Shown here piece by piece: positions 16,890 to 24,215 of a stretch of 61,896 bases of DNA. The stretch is from an uncultured Candidatus Saccharibacteria bacterium (lineage in GTDB: Bacteria; Patescibacteriota; Minisyncoccia; UBA6257; 2-01-FULL-56-20). The notes below the pieces were generated by a model. That model searched no databases. It was not told where the DNA came from and saw only the letters and a list, made by a program, of their open reading frames with translations. A program made the translations under genes and the position numbers. Position 1 is the first letter of the stretch; every line of letters begins with the position of its first letter. The stretch is from positions 746,194-808,089 of the forward strand of contig OZ246418.1 of NCBI GenBank assembly GCA_965231155.1. The letters are read 5' to 3'.

Positions 16890-18527
16890 ATGAATGTAGA
16901 TGAGATTAAAGAATTTTTCCGCGGTGAAATTATCGACGACCGAAAAGGTTTAGACTTCTACAGTCACGATGCCAGTATTTTCGAAGTGAGACCAGAACTG
17001 GTGGTGAAACCCAAAAATGTCTCCGACCTAAAAAATCTTGTGAGTTTCGTGAACGATCAAAAGAAAAAGAATCCATCACTTTCTCTCACGGCACGATCTG
17101 GTGGCACCGATATGAGTGGCGGATCTTTGAGCGAGTCAATCATTATCGACTTCACTGCCCATTTTAACCGCATCATCGAAATTGCAAACTCCGGAGCGAC
17201 TATTGAGCCAGGAGTTTTTTATCGTACTTTTGAAGTTGAGGCGAAGAAGAAGGGATTACTCCTCCCCTCTTATCCGGCTTCAAAAAATATCTGCACCCTA
17301 GGCGGTATGATCGCCAATAACTCCGGCGGAGAAAAATCTCTGGTCTATGGAAAAACCGAGGATTATGTGGAACGCCTCGAGATAGTGCTGAGCGACGGAG
17401 AGGAACATATTTTAGAACCTCTGAACAAACAGGAGTTGGCGAAGAAGAAAAGATCAAGGACTTTCGAGGGAAAGATATATCGTGAACTCTACGACCTCCT
17501 CGAAAAAAACTACGACTTAATTAAAGCAGCGAAGCCTCACGTTTCTAAAAATTCCGCGGGGTACTACCTCTGGGATATTTGGGACAGAGAAACATTTGAC
17601 CTCACAAAACTATTCGTCGGTTCACAAGGAACTTTGGGACTCGTTACTAAGGCCCGTCTTCGACTCGTCAAACCAAAGCCAAAATCTGAGCTCCTTGTCA
17701 TCTTCCTCAAGGATCTCAAACCACTTGGAGAACTGGCAAAAACAATCCTCAAACATCATCCAGAAAGTTTTGAGTCGTTTGACGATCATACTTTGAAGAT
17801 GGCAATGCGTTTCTTGCCAGAACTTATTAAACAGATGAAAGGAGGATTTATTAGCCTCGGGCTGAAGTTTCTCCCTGAGTTATGGATGACGCTTACTGGC
17901 GGTGTGCCAAAACTGATTCTTATCGCCGAGTTCACGGGCGAAACAGAGAAGGAAGTACGACTGAATCTTAAAAAAGCAGAAAAGGAAGTGCGCGAGAAAT
18001 ACCATCTGCCTACCCATATCACCAAAAACCGAAACGAAGCAGAAAAGTACTGGATTATGAGACGAGAGAGTTTCAACCTCTTACGGAAGCATGTGAGCGG
18101 AAGACACACCGCACCATTCATTGACGACTTCATCGTACGACCAGAACAACTCTCTGAATTTCTCCCTCGATTAAATGCCATTCTCGATCAGTATCCTCAA
18201 CTCATCTATACCGTGGCTGGTCATGTTGGCGATGGCAACTTCCACATCATCCCGTTGATGGATCTCAAAAATCCCGAAGATCGGGCGATTATCCCGCAAC
18301 TTTCTGAACAGGTTTATAGTCTGGTTCTTGAGTTCGGTGGTTCAATTACGGCCGAACACAATGACGGCTTAATTCGAACTCCTTATCTTGAGCGAATGTA
18401 CGGCAAGAAGATTTACGATCTATTTAAGCAGGTGAAGAAAATTCTAGATCCGAAAGGAATCTTTAATCCAGGCAAAAAAGTGAATGGCAACATAGAATAC
18501 ACCATGAGCCACATTATGAAAAAATAA
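16890..18527 (+). CDS. FAD-binding oxidoreductase (GlcD/FAD-linked oxidase family)
   Basis: An FAD-binding PCMH-type N-domain (RSGGTDMSGGS, GGMIANNSGGEKS) and an FAD-oxidase C-domain. ATG at 16890 is preferred over the track start TTG at 16881, because TATAAT (16876-16881) ends 8 nt before it. Confidence 0.9.
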   Translation: MNVDEIKEFFRGEIIDDRKGLDFYSHDASIFEVRPELVVKPKNVSDLKNLVSFVNDQKKKNPSLSLTARSGGTDMSGGSLSESIIIDFTAHFNRIIEIANSGATIEPGVFYRTFEVEAKKKGLLLPSYPASKNICTLGGMIANNSGGEKSLVYGKTEDYVERLEIVLSDGEEHILEPLNKQELAKKKRSRTFEGKIYRELYDLLEKNYDLIKAAKPHVSKNSAGYYLWDIWDRETFDLTKLFVGSQGTLGLVTKARLRLVKPKPKSELLVIFLKDLKPLGELAKTILKHHPESFESFDDHTLKMAMRFLPELIKQMKGGFISLGLKFLPELWMTLTGGVPKLILIAEFTGETEKEVRLNLKKAEKEVREKYHLPTHITKNRNEAEKYWIMRRESFNLLRKHVSGRHTAPFIDDFIVRPEQLSEFLPRLNAILDQYPQLIYTVAGHVGDGNFHIIPLMDLKNPEDRAIIPQLSEQVYSLVLEFGGSITAEHNDGLIRTPYLERMYGKKIYDLFKQVKKILDPKGIFNPGKKVNGNIEYTMSHIMKK

Positions 18528-18530
18528 ATT

Positions 18531-19103
18531 TTACTTTCCGGCGCGCTCCACGTACTCTCCTGTTTCCGTATTCACCCGAATCGTCTCTCCTTCCTCAATA
18601 AAAAGCGGAACGGAAACCTGAGTGCCATTTTCTAAAGTAACCACCTTCGAGCCACCCTGAGCGGTATTCCCCTTAATTCCCGGAGGAGCCTCTTTGACTA
18701 AAAGATCCATCTTGATTGGCACTTTGACCTGAATAACTTTCTCCTTAAAAATCATCGTTTTTACGATCGTCCCAGCTTTTAAAAATTTGGCTGGATCACC
18801 GGCCACCTCCTCCTTAATCGAGAAACGAGCCTTAGGATCACCTACCGGATGGAACCAGTACTCACCACGAGCCGCATAAATAAACTGGGCGTCTTTTTGT
18901 TCGATTTCGGCTTCTTCGAAGTTATCACTGCCCTGCCAATTACGGTCTAAAATCTTTCCCGTCATCAAGTTACGAATCTTTGTTTGTACCGTCGCTTTAC
19001 GCTGTTGCATACGCAAAAAATTAGACTCGATAACCTCGTACGGCTCTCCGTTTAAAATAAATAGCGTTCCCTTTTTGAGTTCGGTGTAGGCAAGTAATGA
19101 CAT
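18531..19103 (-). CDS. efp: elongation factor P
   Basis: The pattern ELKKGTLFILNGEPYEVIESNF...QQRKATVQTKIRNLMTGK plus the KVPIKMDL..EAPPGIKGNTAQGGSK segment. Confidence 0.95.
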   Translation of the reverse strand: MSLLAYTELKKGTLFILNGEPYEVIESNFLRMQQRKATVQTKIRNLMTGKILDRNWQGSDNFEEAEIEQKDAQFIYAARGEYWFHPVGDPKARFSIKEEVAGDPAKFLKAGTIVKTMIFKEKVIQVKVPIKMDLLVKEAPPGIKGNTAQGGSKVVTLENGTQVSVPLFIEEGETIRVNTETGEYVERAGK

Positions 19104-19166
19104 ATTGGGAACGATTGTAGCTCACAAAAATATTTTTTTCAAGTAAAAAAAGACACCCGAAGGTGT

Positions 19167-20768
19167 CTATTGCGTAATTTCTTTTACCTGATCCAGAGCT
19201 TCAGCCCAACGCTGGGTAGCCCGTGAATCCGGATATTTTTCGGCATACAGCGCCACGCAGTGCTCTGCAGCCTTGAGGAGATGTGGCAAGGACTCAGGGT
19301 CGAATTCCTGGGAGAACTTTGCTGCCTCCCAAAATTCTTCTGCCTGCCACCACCCCTTCTCTTCATCGGAGAAAGGAGTAGTGAGACCTGCGTACCCTTG
19401 TGCCACCATGAGCGCGGGCAAAACTTCGATCACGTCACTCATGAGCGAATCGAGATCCTCTCGGTTCTTCATCGCCCACCAGGTGAGCGAAATCCCGAGC
19501 TCTCGCTTGTTATTCGCGAGATCATTGGGATCCCACTGGTCGTGGTGGCGCCAGAGTGTCCGTCCCGCCTCGATCCAGTACCCGGTACACCGAGCGATCG
19601 CCTGGCTGAACATCTCGTCCTTCACTTCCGGTCGCCTCGTCACCTCTTTCAGGAGCTGAAGAATCTCCGGATGTGTGATGAGGCGTCCGAATCGGTTGAT
19701 GATGACCGACGTCGGGAAGAGCGCGTAGAGTTGCTCCACCGTCTCCCGAGTCTCCTGGATTGGAACGTTCGCCGACCGCAGAATCTCCTTGGTCGACTTC
19801 CTCACCGGATCCCGAGACTCCAAAAAGGCAATCTGGGATAGTCCGGGGAGATCGTTGATTTCGACGGGCTCGAGTGCATAAAACGTGAGGAAGGCTCGAT
19901 CATCGGGGATGGTTCTCTCCCACTGATCGAACGTGACTTGGAACTGAAAACCTTGGATGGCACCCTTGACTCGGGTGATGCCGAGGCGTTCCATTCCTCG
20001 AAAAACTTCCCACACCTGCTCGTAGGTCGTCCCGGGGAGCAGGCGGCAGTGGTACGGAATAGCCCCGTGTCCCGCGGGAGTGTGGCCGTGGTGGTGATCG
20101 TGATCATGGTGATGATCGTGGTCACAGCCGTGGTGGTGATCATGATCGTGGTGATGACCGTGGTCACAGCCGGCCCCATGGATATGCCCAGACTCGAGTA
20201 CCCACCCCGGCAGACCCGTCTCCCGTGGAATCAGGAAAACCGGAAGTCCCGGAGCATTCTCCTCGACATACTCCATGATGGCAGCCAGTCGAGGATCTTC
20301 GATCTCCAAAATATCCTCGGGGAACTTGGTGAGTCCAACACCAGCGGTTGCCGCTTGGAGCTGACTCCTCATGATCTCCCCAAAAACCTTCCGGTTGCGG
20401 TCGAAGTTCTCGACGTCGAGAAGCGCAACAATGCGGAATGCAATGCCGCATGACTTGAGGAACGTGAGCGTCTCGTTGCCCGAGACAAACCCGAACCCCT
20501 CGAGTACGATTCCCGCCGTCTCACCCTGCTTGTCCAGCTCCAAGAGGAGGCGCTGGAGTTCGCCCTCGTCGCTGCAGGTGAAGCAACCATTGGCCATCGG
20601 CAGCACTTCGGCCAGATCACGGAGCAACGCCCCGTCGATCGTGTCCGAACTCCCGTCGTCGTTGATGACATACTTCCAAGAACCGAAAAGTACTCCGGAC
20701 TTGAAAGTGTGCCGTGCAAGCGTCGTTTTGCCAGACCCCGGAGGGCCGACAAAGCCAAGAACGTCCAT
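19167..20768 (-). CDS. CobW/G3E-family GTPase metallochaperone with a His-rich insert and an extra ~230-aa C-terminal domain
   Basis: P-loop GPPGSGKTT, GCFTCS (a variant of the CobW CxCC motif) and HGHHHDHDHHHGCDHDHHHDHDHHHGH. It is GC-rich, has AAAGGAG before the ATG, and carries a Zur-like box in its promoter. Confidence 0.85.
   Translation of the reverse strand: MDVLGFVGPPGSGKTTLARHTFKSGVLFGSWKYVINDDGSSDTIDGALLRDLAEVLPMANGCFTCSDEGELQRLLLELDKQGETAGIVLEGFGFVSGNETLTFLKSCGIAFRIVALLDVENFDRNRKVFGEIMRSQLQAATAGVGLTKFPEDILEIEDPRLAAIMEYVEENAPGLPVFLIPRETGLPGWVLESGHIHGAGCDHGHHHDHDHHHGCDHDHHHDHDHHHGHTPAGHGAIPYHCRLLPGTTYEQVWEVFRGMERLGITRVKGAIQGFQFQVTFDQWERTIPDDRAFLTFYALEPVEINDLPGLSQIAFLESRDPVRKSTKEILRSANVPIQETRETVEQLYALFPTSVIINRFGRLITHPEILQLLKEVTRRPEVKDEMFSQAIARCTGYWIEAGRTLWRHHDQWDPNDLANNKRELGISLTWWAMKNREDLDSLMSDVIEVLPALMVAQGYAGLTTPFSDEEKGWWQAEEFWEAAKFSQEFDPESLPHLLKAAEHCVALYAEKYPDSRATQRWAEALDQVKEITQ
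20088..20171. repeat. 2 x 42-nt tandem repeat encoding the His/Asp-rich metal-binding stretch
   Basis: Units 20088-20129 and 20130-20171 are near-identical. Each encodes roughly GCDH(G/D)HHHDHDHHH on the minus strand. Confidence 0.8.
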
Positions 20769-20808
20769 TCGTATTCTCCTTTCACTGAGTGTGTGCTGCG
20801 CTTATACT

Positions 20809-20827
20809 AACGCGAATCTTTCGCGTT
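20809..20827. promoter_or_regulatory. 19-bp palindromic operator (putative Zur/Fur box) in the promoter of the CobW-like gene
   Basis: AACGCGAA-TCT-TTCGCGTT is a perfect 8-3-8 inverted repeat. It lies inside the spacer of TTGCAA-N17-TAGTAT on the minus strand. Confidence 0.6.
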
Positions 20828-20834
20828 TGCAAGT

Positions 20835-21656
20835 CTATCGTTTCAGAACCAAAGAATGCATGATCGTAGTCCGATCAGAAGCTTGAACACGTTCAATTAC
20901 CTCATATCGATCAAGAACTTTTTGCTCTAATCCCTCATAGAGCAATACTCTACTCTCCCGAACGGTCCGACAGACTACTTTGGCTTTTGGCGCCGTGGTA
21001 AAAATACGATCCAATACTGCGCCTTTGTTTTTTGTTAAAACTGCCATCCAGACAGTATCAAACTGATCATAGGACACCTTTTCTGCAATATTATTATGAA
21101 TTTCAATAGAGTCATCTAGTCCAAAATTTCTGTTTAGCTGACGCGATACTTTAACCGCCTCCTCATCATAATCAAAGCAAGAAACTCTACAACCAAAAGC
21201 AGAGTGTATAGCAATCGCAGATTCGTGAAATGGCCCACTTCCCACAAAAGCCACGCGTGATTCCTTGTGAAGACCAGCTGTCATGCCTTCCTCGCGAGCA
21301 AATCGCAAAGTTCTTTCTATTTGCTGATTTTCTATCAAGTTTTTTTTAGGATACGAAATTAAACGATTAGCCTCTTGGAATTCGAGAAGGGTTTCCCACT
21401 GCCCATATATTCTTCTCGATTGATGCGCCAAAGAATCAAACCAAGGCATTAAATATGCAATGGATACTTTTTCATGATCTCTCGCCAGTGATTCTAATTT
21501 GTGGATATTCTTTAAAATCAAAGGATGAGAAACGTTCTCCTGGGACAAGCGATACTCATTGAAAAACTTAATAATCTTCTCCAGGTCCTGCCTGTAGTCT
21601 TGTAAAGAAAAATCCACTACTCCTCGTATATCCAGGGACGTATGTGAGGTCTCCAT
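20835..21656 (-). CDS. nicotianamine-synthase-like (NAS/CntL family) SAM-dependent aminobutyryl transferase
   Basis: VAFVGSGPF, and the C-terminal half aligns by eye with plant NAS (VFLAALVGM...LVVRSAHG.R.FLYP...VINSVI.ARK against VWMAVLTKN...VVCRTVRESRVLLYE...IMHSLVLKR). Confidence 0.75.
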   Translation of the reverse strand: METSHTSLDIRGVVDFSLQDYRQDLEKIIKFFNEYRLSQENVSHPLILKNIHKLESLARDHEKVSIAYLMPWFDSLAHQSRRIYGQWETLLEFQEANRLISYPKKNLIENQQIERTLRFAREEGMTAGLHKESRVAFVGSGPFHESAIAIHSAFGCRVSCFDYDEEAVKVSRQLNRNFGLDDSIEIHNNIAEKVSYDQFDTVWMAVLTKNKGAVLDRIFTTAPKAKVVCRTVRESRVLLYEGLEQKVLDRYEVIERVQASDRTTIMHSLVLKR

Positions 21657-21667
21657 CTCGTTAACTT

Positions 21668-21686
21668 AACGCGAATCATTCGCATT
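21668..21686. promoter_or_regulatory. second copy of the 19-bp palindromic operator, in the divergent NAS-like / Fur-family promoter region
   Basis: AACGCGAA-TCA-TTCGCATT, with one mismatch to a perfect palindrome. The flanking bases TAACGCGAATC.TTCGC.TTTG are shared with 20809-20827. Confidence 0.6.
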
Positions 21687-21724
21687 TGTCAATAGGTCTC
21701 AATTTGTGCATAATAAGAGGCATA

Positions 21725-22156
21725 ATGGCGAAACAAAAGAACGTACAGGAGATTGCCGCAATCCTCAAGGAAAAACACTATAAAATCACTGGTCCTCGGT
21801 TGACGGTCTTTGAAATACTCCAAAAAGCCAAAGAACCGCTCACTATCCAGGAGATTCTCGGGGAAACTAAAAAAGATGAAGTGAATCAGGCAACGGTATA
21901 CCGGATCGTCTCGGCTATGGAAAAAATCGGCCTGATTCGAAGAATCGAATGGCACCATGGTCATGCGCACTACGAACTCGCTGATCAGAAAGACCACCAT
22001 CATTTAATCTGCCTTCAGTGTAATCGCACCGAGGATGTCGAGCACAAAGATGCCGGAGAGATGGAAAAAAGAGTCTTACGTAACTCCCAACATTTTTCTC
22101 TCATAAAAAAACATTCGCTAGAATTTTTTGGAATTTGTAAATCATGTCGAAAATAA
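21725..22156 (+). CDS. Fur-family metalloregulator (Zur-like by genomic context)
   Basis: A wHTH (ITGPRLTVFEIL....LTIQEI), HHGHAHYEL, HHHLICLQC and CKSC motifs. The start is taken at ATG 21725. Confidence 0.85.
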   Translation: MAKQKNVQEIAAILKEKHYKITGPRLTVFEILQKAKEPLTIQEILGETKKDEVNQATVYRIVSAMEKIGLIRRIEWHHGHAHYELADQKDHHHLICLQCNRTEDVEHKDAGEMEKRVLRNSQHFSLIKKHSLEFFGICKSCRK

Positions 22157-23319
22157 AATTCACATTTCTATTACCTTTCTGCCTGTTTGCCCTGAGTCTC
22201 TTCTTAGTCCTCTCCCCTACTCAGACTTCCGCGATCACTACTGAAGCACTTAATCAAGAAGCAACTATCGCTCGGGATTTCCCTCCGAATCAATTTTTCA
22301 TTGGTAAGATAGTAAAAATTGCATCTCCATCTTCATCTATAGACGGAACCGACGCTGACAATGGTCTCAAAACTGCTACCGTAGTCCTCCTTTATGGCTC
22401 AGATCAAAATCGACAGGTAGAAATTCCTTTCGGAGGGGACTTCGCCAATAAAACTCTTAGCCAGATGCATCCCGGAGAGTACGTTTTGATTATGAAGACT
22501 CAAGCAGCAGGAGAAGTCTCCTATTATGTTGCTGATAAGTTTCGACTACCGAGTATCATTCTTATTATTTTGATATTCTTTGGCGTTGTTGGATATCTCG
22601 GTGGGAAAAAAGGACTAGGAGCCGTTGTCGGCCTTGGTATCAGTATTCTGGCTATTATCTTTATAATTCTCCCCTCGCTTCTTGCCGGCTACAATCCTTA
22701 TCTCGTTGGACTCCTTGGAACTGGATTCATTGCCTGTCTCTCCATCTATGCTGCCCATGGTTTCAATCGAAGAACTACCATTGGCCTTCAGTCAACACTC
22801 ATCACCCTTACTATCTCCTTTGGACTTTCGATTCTCTCCGTCTGGGGAGCAAATCTTTTTGGACTGGGAAGCGAGGAGGCGCGCCTACTCAACTTCGGCC
22901 TGGAAAGCCCTATCAACCTACAGGGACTTTTAGTCTTAGCTATCATTCTTGGAACCCTAGGTGTCCTTGATGACACCACTATTAATCAGACTCATATTGT
23001 TTACGAATTATCCGAAGCGAATCCAAATCTGACAGAAAGAGAACTCTACAATCGAAGTCTGTCGATTGGCCGTGAGCATATCGCCTCGCTGGTAAACACC
23101 CTCTTTCTTGCCTATATCGGTGCTTTTCTACCACTCTTTGTCGCACTCACCCTTCTCGATGAACCATTCTGGGTCACTTTAAATCGGGAGATGATCGGTG
23201 AAGAGATAATCAGAAGTGTTATGGGAAGCTTGGCTTTGATTCTCGCAGTGCCTATTTCTTCGTATCTCGCCTCTCGTGCCGTTCATAAAACAAAATCACC
23301 CCAACCTGGGTTGGAGTGA
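22144..23319 (+). CDS. YibE/F-like polytopic membrane protein with an N-terminal extracytoplasmic domain
   Basis: Signal peptide, a ~120-aa soluble domain, then 7-8 TM segments. It overlaps the Fur-family gene by 13 nt, so they form an operon. Confidence 0.7.
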   Translation: MSKIKFTFLLPFCLFALSLFLVLSPTQTSAITTEALNQEATIARDFPPNQFFIGKIVKIASPSSSIDGTDADNGLKTATVVLLYGSDQNRQVEIPFGGDFANKTLSQMHPGEYVLIMKTQAAGEVSYYVADKFRLPSIILIILIFFGVVGYLGGKKGLGAVVGLGISILAIIFIILPSLLAGYNPYLVGLLGTGFIACLSIYAAHGFNRRTTIGLQSTLITLTISFGLSILSVWGANLFGLGSEEARLLNFGLESPINLQGLLVLAIILGTLGVLDDTTINQTHIVYELSEANPNLTERELYNRSLSIGREHIASLVNTLFLAYIGAFLPLFVALTLLDEPFWVTLNREMIGEEIIRSVMGSLALILAVPISSYLASRAVHKTKSPQPGLE

Positions 23320-23350
23320 TTTCTAAACAAAAACTCTTTTCACTTAACTT

Positions 23351-23626
23351 CTACTCGGCGTGTTCCGGGCGTGGACCACGACCACCTTCTGGTTCGTCAA
23401 TCTTCAGATTGACTCGCGCATTATTCTTGATCCCTACGATACGAAGGAGTGAACGAATGGCTTTCGCGGTCGAACCCTGACGTCCGACAATCTGTCCCAT
23501 ATCCATAGGATTCACTTTGAGTGTAAGGAGTACGCCCATCTCATCAACTCGTCGATCAACCGTGACATCGTCAGGATGATCAACGAGAGACTTGGCGAGC
23601 ATCGTTAAAAATTCTTGATCGGACAT
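23351..23626 (-). CDS. KH-domain RNA-binding protein (KhpA/YlqC-like)
   Basis: The GQIVGRQGSTAKAIRSLL GxxG KH motif, in the conserved position downstream of rpsP. Confidence 0.85.
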   Translation of the reverse strand: MSDQEFLTMLAKSLVDHPDDVTVDRRVDEMGVLLTLKVNPMDMGQIVGRQGSTAKAIRSLLRIVGIKNNARVNLKIDEPEGGRGPRPEHAE

Positions 23627-23741
23627 TTCTGGTAAGTATCTTCTTCCTTCCTACCCACACCGACTGGACCGGATGAAGAAAAGATATTCGACCTTTTCGG
23701 AGTTACTGGTTCGGATTGAGTGGCTTAAATTTAAGGAAAAA

Positions 23742-24035
23742 CTACGCAGTGGCTTCGGCTGTCTTCTTGGCTTTACCGATTCTTACCACCTGCTTCGGCA
23801 GGGTAATCACTCGATAACGAACTAAAAGATTGTGAGCAGTCGAGGTTGGCTGAGCGCCTACTTTCATCCAGTGAGAAACCCTGTCCTTCTTCACTTCGAA
23901 AGCTTTGGTTTCAGGATTATAGGATCCCAAATCTTCGATCGGTGGTCCCTGCATTTTTGAACGTCGCTCGGCCACCACCACACGGAAACTTGGCTGATGT
24001 TTTTTGCCGATTCGCTGTAATTTGATAGCTAACAT
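23742..24035 (-). CDS. rpsP: 30S ribosomal protein S16
   Basis: MLAIKLQRIGKKHQPSFRVVVAERRSKMQGPPIEDLGSYNP. Confidence 0.95.
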   Translation of the reverse strand: MLAIKLQRIGKKHQPSFRVVVAERRSKMQGPPIEDLGSYNPETKAFEVKKDRVSHWMKVGAQPTSTAHNLLVRYRVITLPKQVVRIGKAKKTAEATA

Positions 24036-24094
24036 AGGTTTATAAAAAGATGTAATACCATAACTGATTCTGACTCAAAAGGCAAGGGGTCTCG

Positions 24095-24186
24095 ACTTTT
24101 GCTTTCTGGAACTCGCGTAAAACCCTGCTGAGTTTTCGCTCTGCTCGAGCCGTCGCTCTCCCCAAGGTTCCAGAGAAGCAAAAGTC
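24095..24186. other. long imperfect inverted repeat (about 19-bp stem, ~54-nt interior) between the smc end and the rpsP start
   Basis: GACTTTTGCTTTCTGGAAC (24095-24112) pairs with GTTCCAGAGAAGCAAAAGTC (24167-24186), with one indel. The interior contains a GAGC-N4-GCTC mini-hairpin. Confidence 0.4.
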
Positions 24187-24215
24187 TCGATTAGGTGGTA
24201 AGCAACTATTGGATT

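Noticed and set aside
19260-20886. Several 125-193-aa ORFs on both strands overlapping the CobW-like gene.
   Set aside because: They are shadow ORFs of a GC-rich gene. Only the 533-aa frame carries the P-loop, CxCC-like, His-rich and CobW_C-like features.
24095-24186. Calling the inverted repeat upstream of rpsP an SRP (4.5S) or 6S RNA.
   Set aside because: No GGAA/GNRA apical loop with the flanking conserved SRP domain IV motifs could be found on either strand, and no 6S-like central bubble either. It is left as an unassigned structure.
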